From assembly GCA_002434915.1 (NCBI GenBank), contig DJLG01000177.1, positions 5,001 through 65,865 of the forward strand: a DNA stretch of 60,865 bases, read 5' to 3'. This document shows, piece by piece, positions 30,769-40,226 of the stretch (position 1 is the stretch's first letter; every line of letters begins with the position of its first letter). The DNA is from Proteobacteria bacterium UBA6522. GTDB lineage: Bacteria; Pseudomonadota; Gammaproteobacteria; Steroidobacterales; Rariloculaceae. The position numbers and the translations under genes were made by a program. The notes under the pieces were generated by a model. It was given only the letters and a program-made list of their open reading frames with translations, was not told where the DNA came from and searched no databases.

Positions 30769-31299
30769 TTAAAGCTCTTCTATAGTGATTTTATGATTGG
30801 TGTATACACAGATATCTGCAGTAATAGCCAGTGATTTTTCTACAATACTGCGAGCATCAAGCTCCGTGGTATCCAGAAGAGCGCGTGCCGCTGCTTGGCA
30901 GTACGCACCTCCAGACCCTATCGCCAAAAGTTCGCTCTCTGGTTCAATTACGTCTCCAGTACCAGAAATAAGTAACGATTGCTTTTCGTCTGCAACTACA
31001 AGCAGAGCCTCAAGGCGACGAAGCATCCTATCTGTTCTCCAGTCTTTCGCAAGCTCAATTGCAGCACGTGTTAGGTTCCCGTATTGCTCTAACTTCTTCT
31101 CAAAATATTCGAATAAGGTGAACGCATCAGCAGTTCCTCCCGCAAAACCTGCCAATACATTTCCATTATGAAGACGACGAACCTTTCGTGCATTACCCTT
31201 CATAATCTTATCGCCCATGGTTACCTGGCCATCGCCACCCATGGCAATGCCAGCCCCACGTCGGACACAAATAATGGTTGTACCATGAAAATTTTCCAT
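30769..31299 (-). CDS. hslV: ATP-dependent protease subunit HslV
   Basis: 176 aa with the N-terminal catalytic Thr context [10 protein letters not shown] and GGDGQVT. Confidence 0.95.
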   Translation of the reverse strand: MENFHGTTIICVRRGAGIAMGGDGQVTMGDKIMKGNARKVRRLHNGNVLAGFAGGTADAFTLFEYFEKKLEQYGNLTRAAIELAKDWRTDRMLRRLEALLVVADEKQSLLISGTGDVIEPESELLAIGSGGAYCQAAARALLDTTELDARSIVEKSLAITADICVYTNHKITIEEL

Positions 31300-31371
31300 A
31301 TCATCACTCAGGCAAATACAAACAGTCCTAATAAAATAGTAGTTCCTAAATCTAGTTAATAAAAATTCATC

Positions 31372-32268
31372 TCAGGAACGCCGAGCCCGCGGGTGAGCCT
31401 TATCATATATTTGGGCTAGATGCTGGAAGTCAAGGTGCGTATATACTTGGGTGGTGGAGATACTTGCATGCCCTAATAGCTCCTGTACCGCTCGCAAGTC
31501 ACTGCTTGACTCCAACATATGGGTAGCAAATGAGTGTCTTAGCATATGTGGATGAATAGAGGTTGAGGCTCCCTGCTGCATACCCCAACGCTTTAATCGA
31601 GCCTGAACAGTCCTACAGGCTATTCGGGTCCCACGCTGAGTTACAAATATGGCCTCTTCTTCTTTCTTTGCCATCGACGCTCTAATTAACATCCAAGCCT
31701 TTAGAGCTTCTAGAGCATGCCTACCTACAGGAACCACTCGTGTTTTATTGCCTTTCCCAATCACACGGATAGTGCCATCCTGAAAATCAAGATCTGCTAG
31801 ATTTGAGCTGACGAGCTCTGCAAGCCTCAAGCCAGAGGAATAAAATAACTCTAGAATTGCTCTATCTCTCATGCTTAATGCATCTTCTGTACTTAGTGTT
31901 AGAAGGCTTGCTACCTCATCAGCATCTAGCGTTGCAGGCAACCGCCTAGAAGGTTTAGGCGCTTGAATGTTTATAGCAGGATTTACTGAAACTACTCCGG
32001 TACGCATTAAATAACCAAAGAAGCCTCGAATCGCGGATAACCTACGTGCCACACTCCTCGGACTAGCACCCTTACGGTGCGATTCGGATGCAAATCTGCG
32101 AATAAAATAAGAATCTACTGACTCAATACTTACCGATTGATTCTTACAAAAATCAATTAGTGCATTTAGATCTCGCCGATAAGCGCTCACTGTATGTGGC
32201 GAAAGTCTTCGTTCCTTCTCAAGGTGCCGAATGAAAGTATCGATTCTGGTTTCAAGATCCTGCGACAT
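31372..32268 (-). CDS. xerC: Tyrosine recombinase XerC
   Basis: The catalytic region is LRHSFATHML...HASISTTQVYTH. The dapF-DUF484-xerC synteny supports the call. I prefer the Met at 32268 (MSQDLETRIDTFIRHL) over the ORF opening at 32301. Confidence 0.9.
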   Translation of the reverse strand: MSQDLETRIDTFIRHLEKERRLSPHTVSAYRRDLNALIDFCKNQSVSIESVDSYFIRRFASESHRKGASPRSVARRLSAIRGFFGYLMRTGVVSVNPAINIQAPKPSRRLPATLDADEVASLLTLSTEDALSMRDRAILELFYSSGLRLAELVSSNLADLDFQDGTIRVIGKGNKTRVVPVGRHALEALKAWMLIRASMAKKEEEAIFVTQRGTRIACRTVQARLKRWGMQQGASTSIHPHMLRHSFATHMLESSSDLRAVQELLGHASISTTQVYTHLDFQHLAQIYDKAHPRARRS

Positions 32269-32998
32269 TTGGTCCGTTCTTTGCACTAACAGCTGCATCA
32301 AACAATAAAGCGGCTGTCACTACCTCTCCTAATCGGCTTAGAAAATCCATGCCTTTTCCAGGATTAAAATGATCGGGGTCTTTACTGCCTATGACAATAA
32401 ACCCAAGTTTTTCAGGGTCCCCCAAAGGGATTAGGGCTGATGAATTAATTTCAGATGCGCCATGCTCAAAAACGAATGTTTTCTGATCATCCTTAAGCTG
32501 CCCACATCTAGGCTGACTAGAGCGCAAAAAGCTTGCGAAGGAATTCAAATTCTCATCATTATCATCGACTATTTTAGTAAAACTATTATTTGATAACTCA
32601 TCGTTGGCTACTGATGAAAAAAGGATTAAAACAATTTTGTCTGCTAAAAAACTTGTCTTTAAAGTGGCTTCAAGTAATTTTATTCGCTCAATACAGGTCT
32701 TTGACTTCATTAGAGTCACTGCAAGCTGGTGAATTTTTTCTAATACAACATGATTATCTTTAGCAACTGCAACAAGCTCATTAAGTTGTCGTGTAAGTTT
32801 GCTATTACTCTGACGTAGCACATCGATTTGACGCTCTACAAGCGAAACGGCATCACTACCAGCATGGTGTGAAAATTTAAGATCAATCAGTAACTCTGGA
32901 TTTTCTTCAAAAAAATGTGGGTTGCTACTGAGATATATTGCTACATCTTCTTTTGACAAAGCATTTGCGGCAACATCCCGATTTTCTTGTTGGCTCAT
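32252..32998 (-). CDS. DUF484 (YigA) family protein
   Basis: 248 aa. YLSSNPHFFEENPELL and a GAF-like C-terminus are present, and it holds the conserved slot between dapF and xerC. Confidence 0.8.
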   Translation of the reverse strand: MSQQENRDVAANALSKEDVAIYLSSNPHFFEENPELLIDLKFSHHAGSDAVSLVERQIDVLRQSNSKLTRQLNELVAVAKDNHVVLEKIHQLAVTLMKSKTCIERIKLLEATLKTSFLADKIVLILFSSVANDELSNNSFTKIVDDNDENLNSFASFLRSSQPRCGQLKDDQKTFVFEHGASEINSSALIPLGDPEKLGFIVIGSKDPDHFNPGKGMDFLSRLGEVVTAALLFDAAVSAKNGPNVAGS

Positions 32999-33819
32999 AA
33001 TTCTATATGCCCCTCATATACCTTAGTTACAGGACCCGACAACCATAGCGAATGCCCTGGCCCTAACCATTGAACCTTTAGTGTGCCCCCCATAAGTTCG
33101 ACTTGAACATCTGCATCTAAGAGACCCCATCGTCTGCCAACTGCTACCGCGGCCGCCGCACCTGTTCCACAGGCCCTGGTCTCACCAACACCACGCTCAA
33201 AGACTCGTAACTTCAAATTATGCGAGCCTAAAAATTCTACGAAGCCAATATTGACGCTCTGTGGAAAAAACGCATGGGCTTGTAATTCAGACCCCAGTAT
33301 ACCGACGGGAGCCTTATCAACCGAATCAACCTGAATTATGGCATGTGGATTACCCATAGAAACTGCGCCTATCTCGATAGATTCGTTTTCTAGTTCCAGT
33401 AAATACCGATCAGATTCAACATCCACAAGAAATGGCAGCGCCGTCGGCATAAAATTTGGCTCACCAAGGTTGATCGCCACCGTATCATCAGACTGTAATT
33501 TAGCCTCAACTATCCCGGCCATGCTTTCCAGTACTAATTCGCTGCTTTCTGATTCGGCGGCAAGATGCCAGGCTATGCATCGTGCGCCATTACCGCACTG
33601 TTCAACTTCTGAACCATCTGAATTGAATATTCGATAATAAACAGCAACGCCTGATTGAATGGGTGTTTGCAGAACTAATAGCTGATCAAAACCTATACCG
33701 ATACGTCTATCCGCCAAACGGCGCACAATATCCTTGCTTGGTAAAGCCATACCATCTGGCCAATGAATTATCATAAAATCATTGCCGAGACCGTGCATTT
33801 TTGTAAATTCAAGTTCCAT
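32995..33819 (-). CDS. dapF: Diaminopimelate epimerase
   Basis: 274 aa with FTKMHGLGNDF and the two catalytic Cys motifs GNGARC and ACGTGA. Confidence 0.93.
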   Translation of the reverse strand: MELEFTKMHGLGNDFMIIHWPDGMALPSKDIVRRLADRRIGIGFDQLLVLQTPIQSGVAVYYRIFNSDGSEVEQCGNGARCIAWHLAAESESSELVLESMAGIVEAKLQSDDTVAINLGEPNFMPTALPFLVDVESDRYLLELENESIEIGAVSMGNPHAIIQVDSVDKAPVGILGSELQAHAFFPQSVNIGFVEFLGSHNLKLRVFERGVGETRACGTGAAAAVAVGRRWGLLDADVQVELMGGTLKVQWLGPGHSLWLSGPVTKVYEGHIEL

Positions 33820-33869
33820 AGTACTAGTAATAACCTGCTTTGCCGTTTAACTTGCTCTTGAGGATTATA

Positions 33870-35375
33870 GTGGATTCAATCGTTACCAAACCTAAAACTA
33901 AGCATGAAGATCTTAGATCCTTCCTTTTGGAGCTAGAGACTCACGGGGCACTGCGTCGCATATCAAAACATGTGTCACCCCATCTTGAAATGACGGAAGT
34001 ATCTCAACGAACACTTGAAAATGGTGGTCCAGCGCTATTATTTACCAACACAAAAGATTCAGATATACCTGTGCTAACAAACCTCTTTGGGACACAGGAG
34101 CGTATTGCCGCAGCGCTTGGAGCTACATCAACAGAAGTATTTAAGGAGCTTGGCCAGTTACTTGCTTCTCTAAAGGCGCCAGAACCTCCAAGAGGTCTTG
34201 GCGAGGCTTGGCAAAAACTGCCGCTGGTCAAAAAAATTCTCAACATGTCTCCTCGTATTACCAAACGCGCCTCTTGCCAAGAAATCGTCGTTGAACCTGA
34301 CGATGTTGACCTCAGTAAATGGCCAATACAAACCTGCTGGCCAGATGATGCTGGGCCATTAATTACCTGGGGTCTTACCACTACGCGTGGCCCAGCCGAG
34401 GGACTAACCGCTTCCCGACAAAATCTTGGCATATATAGACAACAAGTCATAGGTCGGAATCGGATTATTATGCGTTGGCTTGCACATCGTGGCGGAGCCA
34501 CTGATTTCTTGGCTTGGTCCAAAGAAAATCCAGGAGAACCGTTCCCAGTAGCCGTAAGCATCGGTGCGGATCCGGCTACTATATTAGCTGCCGTAACTCC
34601 AATACCAGACTCTCTTTCAGAGTACTCATTCGCTGGACTTTTACGTGGTGCGCGCACTCAGCTGACACGCTGCCTTGGTTCAAGCTTAAATGTGCCAGCC
34701 AATGCTGAGATAACCCTCGAAGGGGTAATCGTTCCAGGAGATACCGCTGAAGAAGGCCCATTCGGCGACCATACAGGTTATTACAATGAGGTTGAGCAAT
34801 TTCCTGTCATGACGGTAGAGCGAATAACCCATCGACGTGATCCAATATATCACAGCACTTATACTGGCCGACCACCTGATGAGCCCGCAATACTTGGGCT
34901 TGCGATGAACGATATGTTTGTCCCTATTCTTAAAACGCAGTTTCCGGAAATAACTGATTTTTTCCTCCCAAGTGAAGCCTGTTCTTACCGGGTTGCCGTC
35001 GTAAGCATCCGAAAACAATATCCTGGTCATGCCCGAAGGATCATGTTTGGTATTTGGTCATATTTACGTCAATTCCTTTATACAAAAATGATTATCGTTG
35101 TAGACGAGGATATAGACGCCAGAAACTGGGCTGACGTGATATGGGCTATGAGCACACGAATGGACCCAGCTCGAGATACACAGCTTGCCGAGTCCACTCC
35201 AATCGATTATCTAGATTTTGCTTCTCCTGTTGCGGGCCTAGGATCAAAAATAGGATTCGATGCTACCAATAAGTGGCCTGGCGAAACTAATCGAAGCTGG
35301 GGAAAGCCAATAAATATGAGCGAAAAAATTGTTACGCGAATTGATAAACTTTGGAGTGAACTTGGTATTGATTGA
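33870..35375 (+). CDS. ubiD: 4-hydroxy-3-polyprenylbenzoate decarboxylase
   Basis: About 500 aa and UbiD-like throughout ([22 protein letters not shown]). I prefer the GTG at 33870, which follows GAGGA, over the TTG ORF opening at 33840. Confidence 0.9.
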   Translation: MDSIVTKPKTKHEDLRSFLLELETHGALRRISKHVSPHLEMTEVSQRTLENGGPALLFTNTKDSDIPVLTNLFGTQERIAAALGATSTEVFKELGQLLASLKAPEPPRGLGEAWQKLPLVKKILNMSPRITKRASCQEIVVEPDDVDLSKWPIQTCWPDDAGPLITWGLTTTRGPAEGLTASRQNLGIYRQQVIGRNRIIMRWLAHRGGATDFLAWSKENPGEPFPVAVSIGADPATILAAVTPIPDSLSEYSFAGLLRGARTQLTRCLGSSLNVPANAEITLEGVIVPGDTAEEGPFGDHTGYYNEVEQFPVMTVERITHRRDPIYHSTYTGRPPDEPAILGLAMNDMFVPILKTQFPEITDFFLPSEACSYRVAVVSIRKQYPGHARRIMFGIWSYLRQFLYTKMIIVVDEDIDARNWADVIWAMSTRMDPARDTQLAESTPIDYLDFASPVAGLGSKIGFDATNKWPGETNRSWGKPINMSEKIVTRIDKLWSELGID

Positions 35376-35460
35376 CAACTACAGAAGCAGAATGGACTTT
35401 TATAGTAATGCTAGCTATTTTGTAGTCATCAACACTTAAATCCATTTCTACGGAGAATAA

Positions 35461-36102
35461 ATGCGACATATACTAGTGACAAACGCAAAAGGCGGATGCG
35501 GTAAAAGCACTATCGCAACGAATCTCGCAGCCTATTACGCCTCTGAAGGTTATACCACAACCCTGGCCGACTATGATCAACAAGCAACTACGCTTAATTG
35601 GCTGGATGAACGACCAGAAGAGTGTGCCTCTATTGTCGGACTAGCAGCTTTTGATGACGGACTTCGTTATCTGCCGAGAAATACTGACTATTTAATTATT
35701 GATGCTCCTGCCGGATCCAAAGGTCCGGAACTTACAGCCCTTGTTAAACATGCCGAAACAATCATCGTTCCTATCATGCCCTCACCAATTGATATTAAAG
35801 CTGGAACCGCATTTGTTAATGAGCTGCTGAATAAGGGAAAAATCGTTAATAAAAAGGCTAGGGTAGCTGTGATAGCCAATAGAGTTAAAGAAAATACCAT
35901 TATATTTCAAGAGCTTGAAGATTATCTCGAGAAGCTGAAAATCCCTTATATAGCAAAGCTTAGAGAGGCTCAAAATTATATTCGAGCCTATCAACGAGGA
36001 CTAGGCATCCATGAACTGCCTTACTATCAAGCCTGGCAAGACTGGGAACAATGGGATGAGCTTATCGAATGGCTGGATTCGAGACGCTCTCAGCCTCGAT
36101 AA
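35461..36102 (+). CDS. ParA/MinD-family P-loop ATPase (orphan)
   Basis: 213 aa with the deviant Walker A NAKGGCGKST and Walker B-like LIIDAP. No ParB-like gene is adjacent. Confidence 0.8.
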   Translation: MRHILVTNAKGGCGKSTIATNLAAYYASEGYTTTLADYDQQATTLNWLDERPEECASIVGLAAFDDGLRYLPRNTDYLIIDAPAGSKGPELTALVKHAETIIVPIMPSPIDIKAGTAFVNELLNKGKIVNKKARVAVIANRVKENTIIFQELEDYLEKLKIPYIAKLREAQNYIRAYQRGLGIHELPYYQAWQDWEQWDELIEWLDSRRSQPR

Positions 36103-37348
36103 GCTCTAATGAAGAATCCTTCTTCAATATATCCGAATCGCCTTTTAGAGTGCTTTCTGGTCCATCAAGTAGAGGCATCTCATCAACGGCACTAGTGACT
36201 AAACTTAAGCCAGATCTAAATGCGAGGGTAGCATTGTCCTCTTCTCCAAACTGCTTAAGAAGACGTCCATATAAGACAAAAGCATCTGTCCGAGGTGACA
36301 TGGCTAAGCTAGACTCAAGATAGCTCCGGGCTTTGCCCCAAAATTCTAATGTCATACAAAGCCTTGCTGCTGTAAGGAGCAAACCATCATCCTCTGTATG
36401 CTTCTCAAGCCATTCTTCAACATAGCGCAATTGTTTTTCAGCATCTCCATCGGAAATTTTTCCATATGCAAGCACTAAATCATCGTTCCATTCAGCTTTT
36501 AGACCTGCTCTTAGCTCTTTTTCAGCTTCCTTGCCATATCCACATAAACTAATTGCCATTGAATGGACCGCTATTATTTTTGGAATGCTACGAAGTCGTA
36601 TAGGCATTTTTTGCCATACGGAATCTATTTTTTCATAGGTAATTTTAGGGCATGCCCAGCATGACTGCAGCGCTGATGTACAAAGGCTTTCCAGCTCCGT
36701 CGTTTCCAACCGAGCAAAACCCAATTGAGGCAACAGTTCGACAAGCTCTTCCCAATGCCCGGATGCATGGTAAAGCTTCGCAAGCAATGCAAGTAAGACG
36801 GGATGATTAGGTTCTGTTTTTTGTATATGGCTTAATGTTGCTAGTGCTTGCCCAAACTCCTTATGTTCAAGCTGGAGTTCGGCCTGGGTTAGCAAAATGG
36901 TTATTTTCGCTTCTGGCAGCTCCTCAAAAGCTAACTTCAACCAGTTATCTCGGCGACTATCTGATCCTTGTGACTGGGCTGCTCGTGCTGCAAGAAGGTA
37001 GCTAATAAGTGGAGCATCTGTACCCTTTAAGCTCTGTGCCAACAATCGCTCACCCTTGGACCAGTCGCCTTCAGAGATGTGCATCAAACCAAGGGTTAGC
37101 TTTTCTCCTGCACGCCTCACACGTCTTTCTACTAAAGCTTCACCTAAGCGACGCGGTGCATTCCAAACCGCAACTAATACTCGAATAACAGCATAGGCAG
37201 CCACTAATGTTAAAGCTAGGCCTGGGACAGACATCTCAACAACATATCCCATAAAATTTATCAGCACATAGCCACGGTCCTGTAACAAAAAATTTGAAAT
37301 GAATACTCCAAAAAATAAAGCCATCAGAATCCAAAACCCGGTCCTCAT
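36062..37348 (-). CDS. hemY: HemY-like TPR membrane protein
   Basis: 428 aa with two N-terminal TM helices followed by TPR-like repeats. It lies directly downstream of hemX (TAATG overlap). Confidence 0.82.
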   Translation of the reverse strand: MRTGFWILMALFFGVFISNFLLQDRGYVLINFMGYVVEMSVPGLALTLVAAYAVIRVLVAVWNAPRRLGEALVERRVRRAGEKLTLGLMHISEGDWSKGERLLAQSLKGTDAPLISYLLAARAAQSQGSDSRRDNWLKLAFEELPEAKITILLTQAELQLEHKEFGQALATLSHIQKTEPNHPVLLALLAKLYHASGHWEELVELLPQLGFARLETTELESLCTSALQSCWACPKITYEKIDSVWQKMPIRLRSIPKIIAVHSMAISLCGYGKEAEKELRAGLKAEWNDDLVLAYGKISDGDAEKQLRYVEEWLEKHTEDDGLLLTAARLCMTLEFWGKARSYLESSLAMSPRTDAFVLYGRLLKQFGEEDNATLAFRSGLSLVTSAVDEMPLLDGPESTLKGDSDILKKDSSLELIEAESVSNPAIR

Positions 37349-38472
37349 TAGCCTTCTCTATCCGAAAGCCTGCGCAATAATTCGAGAGATCCGCTGATAT
37401 CAGGTAGCTCCGGCTCAATATTTAGATTCGCCATTTCCTGTAAAAGCAGGAGAGCACTTTCTACTCTTTGATCTGAAGCATCAAATTCTCGGCCAAGTAA
37501 GGCGCTGGCAGCGCTCAGACTAACTTCAAATACACCTCCCTGAGACCTAAACAACGCAAGCCTGGCAAGCTCCAACTCAAGTTCTAACTGCCTTCTGACT
37601 AATGCTTGCTCTTCATTACTGAGCATTCTTGTCGAATCACTCTCTGTACGTTCAACGCTAATCATCCCATTCATTGCTTGTTTAAAGCTGTACCAGATAC
37701 GCTCTAAATTTGGCGTAATATTTTCAATTGATTCTTGGTCGCCGCCTAAGTTCACAGGCGCCACCGAAGCGATAGGTAATGATTCCACGCTTTCTAAAAG
37801 CCTTGCGAGGCTATAATTTAATCCCTCTTTATCTGGTAGCTGAACTGCTATCAACGATTCCAGTTCTTCTAAAATCTGCTCATTAACAACACGAAATGAC
37901 GGGTTTCCCAGCTCCCTAAGCTTGGCGTCAGCCAATTCCAAAGCGGTAATAGCGCCTTCCCAATTATTGCTCAGGCCTAATGCTGTATTAGCAACCACTA
38001 GATAATACTCAGCTTCTGCTCGTATCCACTCGCGCCTTGCAGAATCTGAAACCCCTTGTAATGAGTTAAGACGTCGCTCCAAAGTCTGAAAACGCTCAGG
38101 AAATTCCTCCAAACGCCTATCTAGATCACGCGCAATATTACGAGCGTCTTCATTTGCATTCTGTAGTGAATTAACCCTGTCTCCAAATGAGTCAAGCATC
38201 CCCTGTATATCGCGAATTGACTCTACAGATTGGCTTTCAGACTGTCTTAGCATGGTCGAATAAATTTGATGCTGCCACCAAAGATACCCGGTTGAAAAAA
38301 CTGACATTAAAGCCAGCAATAAAGCTAAAAATACCGCGACATAAAGACCTTTACTTTTCATGGTTACTAGCTCGTTTTTAGCCAAAATATCCGCTGTACT
38401 TTGAGCCTCCACAGGGCCATTGTTCTCTAAATCAGGTAGGTCTTTTATGATCTGATCACTCATAGTTTTCAA
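37348..38472 (-). CDS. hemX: HemX-like membrane protein (annotated in databases as uroporphyrinogen-III C-methyltransferase-like)
   Basis: 374 aa with a single TM segment and a long coiled-coil periplasmic region. It is paired with hemY. Confidence 0.72.
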   Translation of the reverse strand: MKTMSDQIIKDLPDLENNGPVEAQSTADILAKNELVTMKSKGLYVAVFLALLLALMSVFSTGYLWWQHQIYSTMLRQSESQSVESIRDIQGMLDSFGDRVNSLQNANEDARNIARDLDRRLEEFPERFQTLERRLNSLQGVSDSARREWIRAEAEYYLVVANTALGLSNNWEGAITALELADAKLRELGNPSFRVVNEQILEELESLIAVQLPDKEGLNYSLARLLESVESLPIASVAPVNLGGDQESIENITPNLERIWYSFKQAMNGMISVERTESDSTRMLSNEEQALVRRQLELELELARLALFRSQGGVFEVSLSAASALLGREFDASDQRVESALLLLQEMANLNIEPELPDISGSLELLRRLSDREG

Positions 38473-38643
38473 AGAATGGTTACTCTATATCTGTTTTACC
38501 ATACCTATAGTCTCTTAAACCAAAGGGGTTTGAATATGTTTTTCCAAACCTTCATGCTTGTTGAGGGTATCATGTGTACTGTGACAGCTTCAGGTTAACC
38601 CCTGTCGCTATCGACTATGTTTATAGACTAAACGGTATTATTA

Positions 38644-38904
38644 ATGACCAACCAATCCGAACGCCCGACATTGGATAGACTAGCCAAGCAGTTAGCCGAT
38701 GCAGTGCCAGGCAACTTAAAGTCCATCGGCGAAGATGTTGAGCGAAACTTCAAGTCTATTACTCAATCTACATTGTCAAAAATGGATCTCGTGACTCGCG
38801 AAGAATTTGATATTCAAACCGCTGTTTTGGCTAGAACGCGTGAGAAATTGGAATTACTTGAAACCCGGTTAGCCGAACTAGAGGATTCCCAACAAATCGA
38901 TTAA
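38644..38904 (+). CDS. ubiK: Ubiquinone biosynthesis accessory factor UbiK (YqiC/BMFP family)
   Basis: 86 aa. MDLVTREEFDIQTAVLARTREKLELLETRLAELE is the typical coiled-coil signature of this family. Confidence 0.75.
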   Translation: MTNQSERPTLDRLAKQLADAVPGNLKSIGEDVERNFKSITQSTLSKMDLVTREEFDIQTAVLARTREKLELLETRLAELEDSQQID

Positions 38905-38941
38905 TAATCGATATTGGATTCCTGAGATAATGATGTCATCT

Positions 38942-38969
38942 TTGTGAGACTTCATATAATCGATATAAT
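38942..38969 (+). promoter_or_regulatory. Sigma70-like promoter candidate
   Basis: TTGTGA (38942..38947), a 16-nt spacer, then TATAAT (38964..38969), about 25 nt upstream of the TTG start at 38995. Confidence 0.3.
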
Positions 38970-38994
38970 TTGGACCATATAAAAGGAGGAGCGC

Positions 38995-39210
38995 TTGGAT
39001 AAAAGAGATAAACGTTTTTACGATAGCTTCATGATTGTTACAGGTATATTTACAGGAATTATCTTAGGTATAGTTTTTGCTAAAGCACTCGCACAACCAA
39101 CCGATATTATTGCAATCACCTCGAAAATTAATTCGAATACACAAATAGAATTTACGGAGCAAAACAAAATTATTAACTCGTTTGATACCACTATTATCAG
39201 AACATATTAG
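38995..39210 (+). CDS. Small single-pass membrane protein (hypothetical)
   Basis: 71 aa, TTG start preceded by AAGGAGGA at a good distance. One hydrophobic helix reads FMIVTGIFTGIILGIVFAKALA. No family was recognised. Confidence 0.4.
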   Translation: MDKRDKRFYDSFMIVTGIFTGIILGIVFAKALAQPTDIIAITSKINSNTQIEFTEQNKIINSFDTTIIRTY

Positions 39211-39261
39211 GCAAAACACTTTGATGAGTAATTATGCTCATCAAAAGCTGGCACCAAGGGA

Positions 39262-40170
39262 ATGATAAAAAAACCATACCGTCTACTTGCTATAGCACTT
39301 ACCAGCATTACCACAAATAGCCTCCTCGCACAGGATCTTACGTATTCTGCTGATCTCCTCACACAAATCCGTGATGCTTCGCGTGCTGTACCAGGAGCGC
39401 TTCCAACCTCTATTAATTTCGTTAAGTTTGCCGAGAGTCATAGAACATATTCAGTAGTTATCGAAGACGGGGGGGAAGAGCCATTTATTTCAGCTCGTAC
39501 GGCGTTTCAGATTGTCTATCAAGATGGCTCTGTGATGATCGATGCGGGCATGGATGAAACAGTCCACCAATTTTATGGATTTGGACGTGTTGAACCCTAC
39601 TGGCCAGAACGTAATCAGATGGTACAAGACGCTTTGCGGCAGGCGAATATGATCTTAATTACCCACGAACATGGTGATCACATTGCCGGCGTTATACGTA
39701 GCGATATTCGAGATGAAATCGCTAGTAAAACAATTTTAACAAAAGCCCAAGTAAACACTTTAATCGATTCGCCTCAACTGCCTGAAATTGGCTTAACGGA
39801 AAACCTGGCCGCTAAATACACTGTCATAGATTACGATAAGTTTCTGCCAATAGCCCCTGGAATAGTTCTAGTCAGAGCGGCCGGCCATACGCCAGGCCAT
39901 CAGATAATTTATGCTCAGCTAGAAACCGGTATGGAATATGTTTTTATTGGTGATATTGGATGGTCACTAGATAATGTCATAGAGATAAAACCAAGACCTC
40001 AGTCAACTATTAATAGAATTGGCGAGGACCCACAGGCCCTGGTGACTCAACTAACTTGGCTTAATGGGCTCCTTAAAGAGAATTTACTGGTAATCCCCTC
40101 TCATGATGACTCATTGCTATTTAAGTATGCAGCGGAAGGACTTCTGAATGATTCTTTTATAATTCACTAG
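39262..40170 (+). CDS. Secreted MBL-fold metallo-hydrolase
   Basis: 302 aa with a signal-peptide-like N-terminus (LLAIALTSITTNSLLA), the HxHxDH motif THEHGDHIAG, and later GHTPGH. Confidence 0.8.
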   Translation: MIKKPYRLLAIALTSITTNSLLAQDLTYSADLLTQIRDASRAVPGALPTSINFVKFAESHRTYSVVIEDGGEEPFISARTAFQIVYQDGSVMIDAGMDETVHQFYGFGRVEPYWPERNQMVQDALRQANMILITHEHGDHIAGVIRSDIRDEIASKTILTKAQVNTLIDSPQLPEIGLTENLAAKYTVIDYDKFLPIAPGIVLVRAAGHTPGHQIIYAQLETGMEYVFIGDIGWSLDNVIEIKPRPQSTINRIGEDPQALVTQLTWLNGLLKENLLVIPSHDDSLLFKYAAEGLLNDSFIIH

Positions 40171-40226
40171 CACGATAAACGTATCATTTTTTGAGAAACC
40201 TATAACTGATATCTTCCGTTTGGCTG

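Noticed and set aside
30797-31171. 124-aa plus-strand ORF
   Set aside because: It is antisense to hslV and has a Ser/Ala-rich shadow-frame composition.
31372-32301. Tyrosine recombinase as a possible integrase marking a mobile element
   Set aside because: The dapF-DUF484-xerC order is the conserved chromosomal context of the housekeeping dimer-resolution recombinase XerC. No att-like repeats, tRNA gene or phage or IS genes lie nearby.
34004-34657. 217-aa minus-strand ORF
   Set aside because: It lies entirely antisense within ubiD, whose sense frame has clear family motifs. The translation is Ser/Arg/Pro/Ala-rich and low in complexity, as expected for an antisense frame of a real gene. It has no plausible start context.
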